From NCBI RefSeq assembly GCF_024700885.2, contig NZ_CP117016.1: a stretch of DNA of 64,000 bases. One strand, 5' to 3'. Position 1 is the first letter of the stretch, and the number at the start of each line of letters is the position of its first letter. This document shows positions 10,005 to 21,332 of the stretch, one piece after another. Below the pieces are notes generated by a model. The model saw only the letters and a list, made by a program, of their open reading frames with translations. It was not told the DNA's origin and did not search any database. The translations under genes were made by a program, and so were the position numbers. This DNA is from Escherichia coli. Its GTDB lineage: Bacteria > Pseudomonadota > Gammaproteobacteria > Enterobacterales > Enterobacteriaceae.

Positions 10005-10966
10005 ATCAGGGGCTATTCCATTTCATCGTCCAACAAAATGGGTGCAGTACAAACCTGTATCAATCCAGTGAAGGCTATCTGCTCTACTCGAAAGGCAATG
10101 GCTGTCCAAAAGATATTACATCAGGCGGGTGCTACCTGATCGGTAATAAAGATCTCGATCCGGAAATCAGTGTCAATAAAGAAATTGGGCTGGAGTTCAC
10201 CTGGGAAGATTACCACGCAAGTGTGACCTACTTCCGCAATGATTACCAGAATAAGATCGTGGCCGGGGATAACGTTATCGGGCAAACCGCTTCAGGCGCA
10301 TATATCCTCAAGTGGCAGAATGGCGGGAAAGCTCTGGTGGACGGTATCGAAGCCAGTATGTCTTTCCCACTGGTGAAAGATCGTCTGAACTGGAATACCA
10401 ATGCCACATGGATGATCACTTCGGAGCAAAAAGACACCGGTAATCCTCTGTCGGTCATCCCGAAATATACTATTAATAACTCGCTTAACTGGATCATCAC
10501 CCAGGCGTTTTCTGCCAGCGTCAACTGGACGTTATATGGCAGACAAAAACCGCGTACTCATGCGGAAACCCGCAGTGAAGATACTGGCGGTCTGTCAAGT
10601 AAAGAGCTGGGCGCTTATTCACTGGTGGGGACGAACTTCAATTACGATATTAATAAAAATCTGCGTCTTAATGTCGGCGTCAGTAATATCCTCAATAAAC
10701 AGATCTTCCGATCTTCTGAAGGGGCGAATACCTATAACGAGCCAGGCCGGGCTTATTATGCCGGAGTTACCGCATCATTCTGATCGTAGTGTTTCAGGCG
10801 CACTGCCCGTGTAAAAGCGGGCAGTGTTTAGTGGCTTAACTCATGACAACCTGCTGTGTAATTTGCGTTTTCACCACTGATATCTAACAGTGCCTGGCGA
10901 AAGGAGGCATTAAACATTGGCCCGTGTCCCAGGTTGGGGAAATCCCAAAATACGGCATTGACGCCT

Positions 10967-11785
10967 TTATCTTTCAGTATAGTGAGGGGGGGGATAAATT
11001 TTCGACAGCACCCCGACAGCATGCGTTTCCCGGTTATCACCCTGTGTCGCCGAGCCTTCCATTATCGCCAGGTGTTTGGCGAAGAATTGCAGAGGCTCAA
11101 CCGCCGTAACGCGGCTTAGCAAAGCATCATAACCTCTGCCCAACGACGGGCTGGCGCTGTAGTACGACCGGAAGTAAGAGGAGGACAGCCAGGAATCCAG
11201 CACGAAGAGGCCGCCGTAGGAGTGCCCCCATAAGCCGCGGCGTTGCCGATCGATATTCAGTCCCTGTTCCACTTTTGGGGCAATACGCGTTTCCAGTAAC
11301 TGGCGGAAGTTGTTGCTGCCACCACTCTTACGGCTAAAACGCCCTGAGTGGAGATCTGTTTTTCTGCTTTCTGTTGCTGGCATATAGTCGTAAGCCCTGC
11401 TGTTGAGATCGAAAGGGAGGTTGGTCTGATACCCGACAGCCACGATCACTGGCGGTGTTTTTTCTGACAATTGTTTGAGCAGTTCGTCATCCAGGCGGTC
11501 CATAACTGCGTTACCGTCAAGCATATATAAAATCGGGTAACCCGATGCCGGTGCGGTTGTATTCGGCACGGCCGTCCATACCCGATAATGGCGTGTGCCA
11601 TCGACAGAGTCGAAAGAGGTGGCGCTGAAATGGTAAAACACGGAGCCTTTATCGGCTATATTCGGCCCCAGTGGCCGCATATCCGGCTTCGCATAAACTT
11701 GCGCACTACAGATAAGGGTGAGGCAAGAAAGATGAAAGAAAATCGCTTTATGCGGGCGTGTTGAGCGATACTCGCGGGCATACAT
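10967..11785 (-). CDS. iroE: Salmochelin periplasmic esterase IroE-like (alpha/beta hydrolase)
   Basis: ORF with signal-like N-terminus and GHSYGG serine-hydrolase motif; between iroD-like gene and convergent iroN; real start may lie upstream of first ATG. Confidence 0.6.
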   Translation of the reverse strand: MYAREYRSTRPHKAIFFHLSCLTLICSAQVYAKPDMRPLGPNIADKGSVFYHFSATSFDSVDGTRHYRVWTAVPNTTAPASGYPILYMLDGNAVMDRLDDELLKQLSEKTPPVIVAVGYQTNLPFDLNSRAYDYMPATESRKTDLHSGRFSRKSGGSNNFRQLLETRIAPKVEQGLNIDRQRRGLWGHSYGGLFVLDSWLSSSYFRSYYSASPSLGRGYDALLSRVTAVEPLQFFAKHLAIMEGSATQGDNRETHAVGVLSKIYPPPHYTER

Positions 11786-11869
11786 CTGATGATTATTCCT
11801 TTTCCGCAGGTGACAATTTGATTTATTCAGGAAGTCTGTACCGTTTCCTGAAAGTGTTTGTGGGTCAAC

Positions 11870-13099
11870 TCAACCCTGTAGTAAACCAATCCCGTCAATC
11901 AGTGCACCGCGCCACCATGCGTAATCGTGACCACCGGTGTAGATTGCGCAATGGCTTTCGACGCCAGCGGTAATCAGCCGCTGGTGAAGTTGCTGAACGT
12001 GAGGCACTGTCGAACCTTCCAGCGATCCCACGCACAGGCTGATACGCACGCCCTGCGGTGGGGCAGAAAGCAGATGCTCACTCACCCATGAGGTATCGGT
12101 TTCGCTGAACAAGCCTGGTCGACTGGTTCTTTCTGGCGTCCACCACATTGAAGGAGAGTGGCTGAGCACCAGACCGAACGTTTCCGGTGCGTAACGAGCC
12201 CCCATTAGCGCACTGATCCCGCCGAGGCTCTGCCCGGCCAGCACTGTGCGCGAACGGTCTGCCCACTGACGCTGCGGTTGTTCAGCGCGGATCATCGGCA
12301 GCAGATGTCCTGCGATATCCTTTATCAGCTTGCTGCGCCCGCCGAGTATCTCAGTGCGTTCATGTTCATTAATGTTGTCAATGCCCAGTACAGCCACGGG
12401 CACGATGCGCCTGTTATTTATGGCGGCGTCAATTGCCGCGCATACGCCAAGGTGATCAAACCAGGTTTCACCATCGGGCAGCACGACCAGCCCGAGGGGC
12501 TGAGAAATATCAATGTCCGGAATATAGAGCCGAACCTGGCGAGATTTCCCGGCGATAATGCGCATGGAGGTAAGCAGTTGTCCGGTGTGGAAGCCGCCGT
12601 TCCATTCCGACAGGGCGGGAGCTTTATCAAGTGTCAGCACTGATTCCTTTGCGTTTCCCCGAACGTTGATCTCCGGCATTTTGTTTAGCGGATCGGCCTT
12701 TCCGGCGAGGGTGGCAAAACGGCCTCCGGACAGTGCAATCGTCTCAGCCGTAGTGCCGGGGGGGATTTCCAGCAGCGAATAGGAGCCGCAGTAACTTGCG
12801 GGTAAACGCAGTGTCAGTGTCCAGATATCCGTTTCGGGAAGGGCGCTCATCATTCCTTTTTCTACGTGCTCTTTATCCGTCACCCGGTTCAGACGCTGAC
12901 AAACGCCCTGCAGAGGATGTCGGGCGCGCCACAGAAAGGTCACTTCTCGCTCATCTTCCGCTCCTTCGACTGGCGTCACAAGAGGAACATTCAGCGACTC
13001 AGCTTCGCGCCAGAAGTCAGTAAGGTTAGCAATGTGGCCCGCTGCCAGTTGGTTGCGCAGGCTGGCGATAGCAGAGGGATGTTGTTGCATGTTCAGCAT
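11870..13099 (-). CDS. iroD: Enterochelin/salmochelin esterase IroD-like (Fes family)
   Basis: 409-aa ORF with esterase motif GQSLGG; position between iroC remnant and iroE. Confidence 0.6.
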   Translation of the reverse strand: MLNMQQHPSAIASLRNQLAAGHIANLTDFWREAESLNVPLVTPVEGAEDEREVTFLWRARHPLQGVCQRLNRVTDKEHVEKGMMSALPETDIWTLTLRLPASYCGSYSLLEIPPGTTAETIALSGGRFATLAGKADPLNKMPEINVRGNAKESVLTLDKAPALSEWNGGFHTGQLLTSMRIIAGKSRQVRLYIPDIDISQPLGLVVLPDGETWFDHLGVCAAIDAAINNRRIVPVAVLGIDNINEHERTEILGGRSKLIKDIAGHLLPMIRAEQPQRQWADRSRTVLAGQSLGGISALMGARYAPETFGLVLSHSPSMWWTPERTSRPGLFSETDTSWVSEHLLSAPPQGVRISLCVGSLEGSTVPHVQQLHQRLITAGVESHCAIYTGGHDYAWWRGALIDGIGLLQG

Positions 13100-13202
13100 T
13101 CATACTCTTTAAAAATTAAGGATGTCAGTATAAATAATTAAAGCGGCTATTCACGGTACCGCCGCTTCTGACTGTGTTTTTAATACATTACGTGTCCAGT
13201 AA

Positions 13203-14396
13203 CTATCCCGGGGTTTCCTCCTTCATGTTGTGCTGGCGATGGAGCGCAGTACTGCTGACGTTGTCATGCCATAAGCGGGTATAGAGGCCGCCTGCAGATA
13301 ACAGCTGTTCGTGGGTTCCGTATTCCGCAAGTAACCCCTTATCAATAACGGCAATCAGATCGCAGCGTTGCGCGGTGGTCAGACGATGTGCAACAATCAG
13401 CGCCGAGTGCTTCCCGGCATGCACGACATCTGTTAACGATGACATCAGTCGTTCTTCGGATGTGCGATCCAGACATGACGTGGCTTCGTCGAGCAGCAGG
13501 ATGTGAGCATTCGCCAGTTGCGCGCGGGCCAGCGCAATCAACTGGCGCTGACCTGCGGACAGATCGGCTCCGCCGTTATTCACCGGTGTCCGGAATCCCT
13601 GCGGCAGATTGCACACCATCTCATACAGCCCTGCCCGCTGTGAGGCAATTTCAACGTCTTCATTGGTGGCGGATGCCGTGAATAACGAATGTTTTCTGCA
13701 ATATCACTACTAAACAGTGCTACATCCTGATCGACAAGCCCAATCTGGCGACGATACTCAGTGAGCGAGGCATCATCGAGCATTTGCACACCGATTCTGA
13801 TGTTGCCGTGCGTGGGGAAATACAACCCGGCAATCAGCTTAATCAGCGTCGACTTACCCGCACCGCTGCGACCGACGACCGCGACAACCATTCCCTCAGG
13901 GATCGTCAGGGTAAGTTTGTTCAGAGCTGGCTCGTGACTGGCGGGATAACTGAACGTGACCTCATCAAGATGCAGTGCACCGGTGACGGGGAGGAGCGAA
14001 GAGGACCCGAGGTCCTCAGTGCCTTCTGTCGCCAGTAGTTCATCAATATGTTTGCCGCTGGCTGTCGCCTGCTGCCAGGCGTTGACAATCCTTGATAACT
14101 GCTGCCAATCCTCGATCGAATAGAGCGGAATACGCAGTTGCGCGGAAGCGCTCCGATAACGCGCGCAGCGGGACGCCCTCCAGTTCCTGCTGATTATGCG
14201 ATTGCACGACGCGCAGGCCGGAGACTTTCTCCTGCAGGGTGCTTGTTGACTTTGCCCGTGCCTGTGCATAAGAAGGGGTACTGAGGCGGCGATAAATCAT
14301 GGTTGCCATTGCGGCCACTGGCACTGTGCTTAATGCCGTCAGCGCCAGGAACGGGTCGAGCCAGAACATGGTGGCGGCGATTGCGAACATTGTCAC
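13203..14396 (-). pseudogene. iroC: ABC exporter IroC, 3' remnant, frameshifted
   Basis: Three consecutive ORFs in alternating frames carrying Walker A (GRSGAGKST), ABC signature (LSAGQRQ) and Walker B (ILLLDEATS); only about 400 C-terminal codons of a much longer exporter; no iroB-like gene upstream. Confidence 0.55.
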
Positions 14397-14922
14397 CAGA
14401 CTGGTGGCCGCACCGGTAAGGCCGTTTTGCAGAAAGCGGGCGAGAGAGTCTACATCCCCATTTACCGTCTTATATCACTGGTGCTGGCAGACAGGAGTTT
14501 CATGAAACAATAACCCGAAATCACCAGTGTCGTTCAATGTGGCAACTGTTGGAAAAGGTTCGTCACTTTATGGTTACCGTCAGCCTATTCCCCGGTGGAA
14601 TGCATGGGCTAGCTAAAGTGTAGCAGTATTAGGATCTGTTATTTAGATTCGCAGGTGGGGGAGTGGGTAACGGATAATTCTACCGTAGCTAAACACAATC
14701 CGATAAATAAATAGCCCTATTGAGTTGTGGGTGGATGTAGTGATAATTGATGGATAAAAATATTATTTTTTTTGATGCTGATACCTTAATGGTTAATGAA
14801 CCAAATGGAATAATCTTAGTGTGTTGCTTTTTTATCTGACGTTAATTCCGCACTTGCTTATTATGCACAGAAAACATGGCGATAGTTTGCTAGGGTTATT
14901 TTGAGGAAAGTAAAGTATAATT

Positions 14923-15690
14923 ATGAAATGTATGAAATGGATGTGGATTGTGTCATCAAAAATACTTTTATCCCTTAGTTTTTTTTCATTTGCAAATGAA
15001 CAAGTGTTTGGAAATGTTGAAAACAATTCAAAGGTATTTTCTTTGCGTTTAGATACAACCCGTGTTGTCTATAACCAAGGTTCGTCTGGAGAAACATTGG
15101 CAGTCATTAATGAGCATGATTATCCGATATTAGTTCAGGCAGAGGTGCTGCTTGAAGACCAAAGAACTCCAGCGCCTTTTGTAATAACGCCACCACTGTT
15201 TCGGCTTGATGCTCTACAATCTAGTCGTCTTCGTATTATTCAAACTGGAGGTGATTTCCCGACAGATCGTGAAACTCTACAGTGGGTTTGTATAAAGGGG
15301 ATCCCGCCGAAAGTTGATGATAAGTGGGCTGAGGAAAATAGTAAGAATAAAGATGGTACAGATAAAGTAGCTCTAGACATACAAGTTTCTGTTAAAAGTT
15401 GCATTAAATTATTTGTCCGTCCGAAAATGGTGAAAGGTCATCCAGATGACGTTGCCGAAAATGTAAAATGGCAGAAGGTTGGTAATAGGTTGAAAGGAGT
15501 AAACCCAACACCGTTCTATATAAATCTTGCGGAATTGAAAGTGGGCGAAAAAGAAATACTGGAGCGTCATTATATAGCGCCATTTGGCTCTTATGAATAT
15601 CCTATCGATATGAATTGGAAGGGGGGGGTTACATGGAGAATAGTGACCGATTATGGTGGGATCAGTAACCAATTTGAAGCAAAGCTTTAA
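14923..15690 (+). CDS. Fimbrial periplasmic chaperone (PapD-like; AggD/AfaB class)
   Basis: 255-aa, signal peptide, chaperone-like fold sequence; first gene of chaperone-usher-invasin-pilin operon; very AT-rich. Confidence 0.65.
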   Translation: MKCMKWMWIVSSKILLSLSFFSFANEQVFGNVENNSKVFSLRLDTTRVVYNQGSSGETLAVINEHDYPILVQAEVLLEDQRTPAPFVITPPLFRLDALQSSRLRIIQTGGDFPTDRETLQWVCIKGIPPKVDDKWAEENSKNKDGTDKVALDIQVSVKSCIKLFVRPKMVKGHPDDVAENVKWQKVGNRLKGVNPTPFYINLAELKVGEKEILERHYIAPFGSYEYPIDMNWKGGVTWRIVTDYGGISNQFEAKL

Positions 15691-15708
15691 GCTTGATGAA
15701 TTTTTTTT

Positions 15709-18315
15709 GTGAATAAAATTATGAAAGAATACATCTGTAATGCCTCTCTATGCAGTACATCTTTGTGTACTCAAAAAAATAAGCTCTCATATACAACATT
15801 ATTTATAATAATTATATCTTCATTTTTTTATGTGGGGGATGTGGCAGCACGTTCGTATTCGTTTGACGCATCATTATTAAACGGAGGTGGTAAAGGGGTA
15901 GATTTGAGGTTACTTGAAAATGGAGGACAACTACCTGGTATCTATCCAGTTGATATTATTTTGAATGGTGCCCATGTTGAATCAAGAGATATGTTTTTTC
16001 ATACAGGGAGAGATATACATGGAAAAGATTATCTAAAGGCCTGTTTGACCAAGGAAATGTTAATACGTTATGGAGTAAAAGTTGAAGAATATCCCGGTCT
16101 TTTTCGAATTGATAGTGAAAAGGAACGAGGTAGAGATATTTGTGCTGACTTATCAGTAATACCTCAAGCTACAGAATATTATCGATTCCTATCACAGCAA
16201 TTAATAATTGGAATTCCGCAGGTGGCAATTCGTCCATCATTGACAGGAATTGCACCTGAAGTAATGTGGGATGATGGTATCGATGCATTTGTAGTGAATT
16301 GGCAGGCGGAAGCGAGTCGTTTTGACTATAGAGGCTACGGCAGGAATTCTTCAGATAATTTTTGGTCCAGTTTTGAACCGGGGATTAATATAGGCGCTTG
16401 GCGCCTCAGAAATCTAACTACTTGGAATAAATCATCTGGACAATCGGGTAAATGGGATAGTTCATATATACGGGCTGAACGTGGATTGAACAGCATTAGA
16501 AGTCGTTTGACTTTAGGTGAAGGCTATTCTCCTGCGGATATTTTTGACAGTGTTCCTTTCCGGGGAGGAATGTTAGGAACTGATGAATATATGATTCCAT
16601 ATAATCAGCGGGAGTTTGCGCCAGTGGTAAGAGGAATAGCTCGAACTCAAGCCCGAATTGAAGTACGTCAAAATGGGTATCTGATACATAGTCAGATAGT
16701 TGCACCGGGGGCTTTTGCTTTGAACGACCTTCCGGTGACAGGCTCCAGTGATGATTTACAAGTGGCAATTCTGGAATCAGATGGCACTATACAGTCCTTT
16801 AAAATACCCTTCACTTTGCCGGCTATTGCTCTACGTGAAGGATATCTAAAGTATAATGTAACCGTAGGGCAATATCGGCCATCGGATAGTGGGGGGGAAA
16901 AAGCATACTTGGCGCAATCGACTGTTATGTATGGTTTACCATGGGGGGTGACGGCATTTGCTGGAGTTCAGGGGGCCGAACATTATCGGGCTGGTGCACT
17001 GGGGTTAGGATTGTCGCTGGGGAATTTCGGTGCTATGTCACTAGATACCATTTATTCTCGAGGGCAACAAAAGGGATATGATTATGAAACAGGACAAACT
17101 TGGCGTATTCGTTACGACAAGTCCTTTGGACTGACAGGAACCAGTTTTGCGGCTGCGAGTTATCAATATTCAGGTGAAAATTATCACACATTAGCGGATG
17201 TTTTGAATACTTATAATAATGTCACTAGCCTCATAGACAGGAATTTTGATAACAAAACTCGTCGGATTACTATGAATATAAACCAGCCTCTTGGCCGTTG
17301 GGGGTATGTGGGGTTGAATGGAGGACGTGATGTATATCGTAGTAAACCAAATCAAGATTATATTGGAGCGTCTTATAGTACTTCATGGAAAAATATTTCC
17401 CTTTCATTAAATTGGTCACGGAATCTTAATCTTGGGAACTGCAACGGTAGACGTTTCTGTACAGAGGATAATTTCAACATGTGGATAAGTGTTCCTCTGC
17501 AGCGCTGGTGGGGGGGATATGATAATGATATCTATGCCACGGCACAGATGCAGCGTTCAACCAGACAAAACTCCAGTTATGAAGTAGGCTTGAGTGGACG
17601 CGCTTTTGAAAGAAAATTGAACTGGGATGTTAGTGAGCAGATAGTACCAGGTAGCAAATATGATGCAGATACAGGTCGGTTAAAGTTACGTTGGTCTGGA
17701 ACCTATGGCGAATTGGCGGGAATGTATAGTTATAATACTAACACCCGTCAGATGAACCTAGGGATGTCTGGAAGTATGGTTATGCATAGCGAAGGTCTAA
17801 CTTTCGGTCAGAGAACTGGAGACACGATAGGCTTGATTGTTGCTCCGGATGTAGCAGGGGCTTCAGTCAGCGGCTGGCCTGGTGTAAGTACAGGCTCCCG
17901 TGGATATGGGGTGGTAGGTTATGTATCACCATACCAGGAAAATGTCCTCACACTGGATCCGACGACTTTCCCTGAAAATGTAGAAGTCCCACAGACAGAT
18001 AGTCGTGTTGTTCCGACGAAAGGAGCAGTTGTCCGGGCTGAATTTAAGACCCGAGTGGGAAAACGTGCTGTGCTGAATCTGATCCGTAAAGATGGAACGC
18101 GTTTACCATTCGGTACAGTGATAACCTTGGAAGGAAAAGTATCCGGTTCTGTAGGGGTGGTAGATGACAAGGGGGCTGTGTATCTGAGTGGCCTGTCTGA
18201 AACAGGAAAACTAAAGGCACAGTGGGGAAGGAATAGTCAATGCTATGCAGACTACATTCTTCCAAAAGAAAAGGGGCCAGCCGGAGTTTTTTTAACAAAT
18301 GCGGTATGCATATGA
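15709..18315 (+). CDS. Fimbrial outer-membrane usher (AggC/AfaC class)
   Basis: 868-aa ORF typical usher size, C-terminal cysteine pair; operon context. Confidence 0.7.
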   Translation: MNKIMKEYICNASLCSTSLCTQKNKLSYTTLFIIIISSFFYVGDVAARSYSFDASLLNGGGKGVDLRLLENGGQLPGIYPVDIILNGAHVESRDMFFHTGRDIHGKDYLKACLTKEMLIRYGVKVEEYPGLFRIDSEKERGRDICADLSVIPQATEYYRFLSQQLIIGIPQVAIRPSLTGIAPEVMWDDGIDAFVVNWQAEASRFDYRGYGRNSSDNFWSSFEPGINIGAWRLRNLTTWNKSSGQSGKWDSSYIRAERGLNSIRSRLTLGEGYSPADIFDSVPFRGGMLGTDEYMIPYNQREFAPVVRGIARTQARIEVRQNGYLIHSQIVAPGAFALNDLPVTGSSDDLQVAILESDGTIQSFKIPFTLPAIALREGYLKYNVTVGQYRPSDSGGEKAYLAQSTVMYGLPWGVTAFAGVQGAEHYRAGALGLGLSLGNFGAMSLDTIYSRGQQKGYDYETGQTWRIRYDKSFGLTGTSFAAASYQYSGENYHTLADVLNTYNNVTSLIDRNFDNKTRRITMNINQPLGRWGYVGLNGGRDVYRSKPNQDYIGASYSTSWKNISLSLNWSRNLNLGNCNGRRFCTEDNFNMWISVPLQRWWGGYDNDIYATAQMQRSTRQNSSYEVGLSGRAFERKLNWDVSEQIVPGSKYDADTGRLKLRWSGTYGELAGMYSYNTNTRQMNLGMSGSMVMHSEGLTFGQRTGDTIGLIVAPDVAGASVSGWPGVSTGSRGYGVVGYVSPYQENVLTLDPTTFPENVEVPQTDSRVVPTKGAVVRAEFKTRVGKRAVLNLIRKDGTRLPFGTVITLEGKVSGSVGVVDDKGAVYLSGLSETGKLKAQWGRNSQCYADYILPKEKGPAGVFLTNAVCI

Positions 18316-18330
18316 CTGGAGTAAGAAATA

Positions 18331-18765
18331 ATGAGATACCGTATAATGTCTTTATCCTGTGTAGTGTTTCTGATGATAGGAGGACTGTCTCAGGCTGCAG
18401 AGATTACGTTAGTAAGCCACAGGAGTACGGGAAGTCAGTTACGTGATGGCATGATACTGGCGACAGGACGAATTATCTGTCGGGAAATACATACAGGGTT
18501 TCAGATATGGATGAATGATCGTCAAGAGGGAGGACATCCGAGGCATTATGTTATACAAAATAGTAAAGGAAACCAAGGCGAGTTACGGGTCAGGATAGGC
18601 GGTAATAGCTGGTTTTCTTCTTTGGATGAAGAATGGCAGGGGTGGATCAGGCTAGGAAAGGAAAAACAAGTTAATTTTGATGTGATAGTCGATGGAGAAC
18701 AGTATATTCCTCCAGGTAAATATATATTCTCAGTAAGTGGTAAATGTATGGCATCAGAGATATAA
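18331..18765 (+). CDS. AfaD/AggB-like invasin subunit
   Basis: 144-aa secreted protein with …ATGRIICREIHTGFQIWMNDRQ… region resembling AfaD-family invasins. Confidence 0.55.
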   Translation: MRYRIMSLSCVVFLMIGGLSQAAEITLVSHRSTGSQLRDGMILATGRIICREIHTGFQIWMNDRQEGGHPRHYVIQNSKGNQGELRVRIGGNSWFSSLDEEWQGWIRLGKEKQVNFDVIVDGEQYIPPGKYIFSVSGKCMASEI

Positions 18766-18875
18766 GAGTATGTGTCTACTGATACTATTTTGATTTTTAT
18801 AATATTTCATATTAATTGTATGGAAAATATTATTTCTATTTAAGTAGTAGTTAATGTTATTTAAGAGAGGTTTAT

Positions 18876-19391
18876 ATGAAAAAGAGTATCTATTTCATTA
18901 TATGTCCAGTTCTTTCTCTATATTGTGGAATGACGATGGCTAAAACATCACCACCGTCAACTACTATTTCTAGTGATAGCACTGCATTTGCGCAAGGTAC
19001 GATCGTAATAACTAACAATTGTAAGGTTAGTATCACCACCCCTACAAAAATTGAACGTCCTGCTACAGAGGCCACAAAAACTGATTACGTGACTTTTAAT
19101 ATTACTCAAACTCCGTCTTGTGCAAATATAGGCTCCAGAATTGCTTATTGGTCTGAAGGAAGTCAGTCAGCTTTTCGTATGGTCAATACAAGTAATCCTA
19201 CTTCATTTTACACTTTTCAAACCGTTAGCGAATCTCCTGCAACAGATACAAGATATGGGGGGGGTAAAATGTATGGGCTAGCTCGTGCAGGGGTTCGGAG
19301 CCTAAATGTAAGTATCCAAATTCCCCAAGCAAATAATTATCTTCCTGGTCAATATACAATTGGTCTTAACGCAGGCTTGGTCATAAACTAA
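18876..19391 (+). CDS. Fimbrial major subunit / adhesin (AAF/Afa-Dr-like pilin)
   Basis: 171-aa signal-peptide protein, Ser/Thr-rich, last gene of the chaperone-usher operon. Confidence 0.55.
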   Translation: MKKSIYFIICPVLSLYCGMTMAKTSPPSTTISSDSTAFAQGTIVITNNCKVSITTPTKIERPATEATKTDYVTFNITQTPSCANIGSRIAYWSEGSQSAFRMVNTSNPTSFYTFQTVSESPATDTRYGGGKMYGLARAGVRSLNVSIQIPQANNYLPGQYTIGLNAGLVIN

Positions 19392-19916
19392 ATAATAATC
19401 AGAGTGTAAGCAGCAAATGTAGGGATGTATTAGTTATAAAGGAATATATCTAGTATAGAATATATAATTCTTTCTACAAATATTGCTGCTAAATCCTCGT
19501 TGTCTATTCAGAGGAAAGGACATAGTATATATCGCAAGATTATAGGATGAAAGGCCTCGGGGCTGCTTTATCCAACGAGGTCAGTCCTTTCCTCTCTATT
19601 TGTTCAAATTCCAGAATATGTGTTAGATCGTATTCTTTTCAAAAAGAGGAGAGATTCCCGTTTGGCGGAAATTTCAGAACAATATCCATTAGTTAGAATT
19701 GATAAAATTGAATTTAAAAATTATGCTATAGTCAGTATTGCATTTAATTGTCAGTTGCATCTTTTGTTGGGTAGAAAAGCAGGATCTAACTGTGAAGTTT
19801 TATTATCTATCTGCTAATATTTTAAAGTGTAGTATTAAGGAAAAACATTTTTAGTATATCATCCATCAACTCCTATTCAGGAGTTGTTTAACTACAAAAG
19901 AAGCTAGGAGATTATT

Positions 19917-20264
19917 ATGAAAAAACTTAATGTGTCAATTTTTTCTATTGCGGCTTGTTTTAGTCTTAATGTATTTGCTGGTGGAGGAGGATGGAATTCG
20001 GATCTTGTAGATCCGCAACAATGTGTAAAATTGTCAGGTGCACAGTATACATATAATAGCTCTTCTAATAAATGTATGCAAGGTATCAACGAAGGGAAAG
20101 TCCATGGTGTTTCATTATTTGGAACATTCTATTATGGCGATGGCAGCCAAGGGACTTTTAAAGGAAGAGTTTCCCCGGGGACAACACTGAATACAAATCA
20201 AGATATGAACAAAACTAATAAATATGGCGTGAAATATAAGGTTATTACTGAGTGGGTTAGATAA
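19917..20264 (+). CDS. aap: Dispersin-like secreted protein (Aap/CexE family)
   Basis: 115-aa ORF MKKLNVSIFSIAACFSLNVFA|GGGGWNSD…QYTYNSS…CMQGINEGKVHGVS…NTNQDMNKTNK; signal peptide followed by Gly-rich mature N-terminus as in dispersin. Confidence 0.65.
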   Translation: MKKLNVSIFSIAACFSLNVFAGGGGWNSDLVDPQQCVKLSGAQYTYNSSSNKCMQGINEGKVHGVSLFGTFYYGDGSQGTFKGRVSPGTTLNTNQDMNKTNKYGVKYKVITEWVR

Positions 20265-20458
20265 CTAGTCCAAGTCGTTACCGCCAAGTTTTCTTGGCGG
20301 TTAGATAGTAGATTTCGGATATGGTGGTCTTTTTCACAATTATTATAACATATATTTATCTGAGTCAGTAGATTATTGAATTCGATATCTGAAGCTAATA
20401 TGTATTAGTTCAGACCTGATCTGACAGTTACCGGTTATTTATACAGGTATCTGTCAGA

Positions 20459-21307
20459 TTACATCTGGCTTAAATTTTTCTCGGCCCAGATGCGCTTTCC
20501 ATCAAGTAACGTTTCCATTGGCGTCCGCCCATTGCTCATTTTTCCCTCATGGGGTCGCTCATTATTATAGTGAGCCAGCCATTCATCAAGATCCGACTGT
20601 AATGTATCAAGATCGCCGTACAGTTTTTTACGGAACGTTACCTGATAAAATTCGTTCAGGATTGTTTTATGGAACCGCTCGCAGGTGCCGTTGGTCTGCG
20701 GGGGCATCGCCTTTGTTTTCGTGTGTTCTATATCGTTTATTGCCAGATAAAGCTGATAATCATGCTGCTCTACTTTGCCACAGAACTCCGTGCCTCTGTC
20801 GGTCAGTATTCTCAGCATCGGCAGGCCCTGAGACGAATAAAACGGCAGTACACGATCATTCAGTAAGTCAGCCGCGCTAATCGGTGTTTTGGTGACGTAA
20901 AGCTTACAGTGAGCCACTTTCGAGTACGTATCAACGAACGTCTGCTGATAAATACGCCCGACACCTTTCAGGTTGCCTACATAGAACGTGTCCTGCGAAC
21001 CCAGATATCCCGGATGAGTCGTTTCGATTTCGCCACAGGCCTCGTAATCACTGGCTTTACGCTCCAGTGCTGCGATCTGGCTGTCAGTTAGCTCAATGCC
21101 ATCACGGGCTACTTTTTCTTCCAGTGCTTTCAGACGTTTTTTGAAATTCTCAAGGTTATGGCGTAACCAGACAGAACGGACACCACTGCCGGAGATAAAA
21201 ACGCCCTGTTTACGCAGCTCGTTGCTGGTCCGGTGCTGACCGTGTGCCGGGAAAGCGACGGCGTAATCAACAACAGCCTGTTCAGTTGCCTCATCGGTAT
21301 GGTTCAA
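20459..21307 (-). mobile_element. DDE transposase (integrase-core domain), apparently 5'-truncated IS remnant
   Basis: 282-aa ORF with integrase-core-like region (…LTDRGTEFCGK…QTNGTCERFHKTILNEF…); abuts an IS66-family fragment. Confidence 0.45.
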
Positions 21308-21332
21308 TACCCTGGTGCACTAGGTATCAGAA

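Larger units (their letters stand above)
8608..10051 (-). mobile_element. IS150 (IS3 family) insertion sequence
   Basis: 1444 bp; ends TGTACTGACCCCAAAAAGTTGGACAG / TGTACTGCACCCATTTTGTTGGACGA; flanked by 3-bp direct repeat AAC; encodes InsJ-like orfA and frameshifted orfB. Confidence 0.7.
8445..10783 (+). pseudogene. iroN: TonB-dependent salmochelin receptor IroN, 5'-truncated and interrupted by IS150
   Basis: Beta-barrel receptor reading frame (…GGNFSRSLNLSQELGDYFKVKAGVARTFKAPN | LYQSSEGYLLYSKG… ending …YNEPGRAYYAGVTASF) is continuous across the IS150 insertion at 8608-10051; stop codon just upstream at about 8440 so only the C-terminal ~300 codons remain. Confidence 0.6.
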
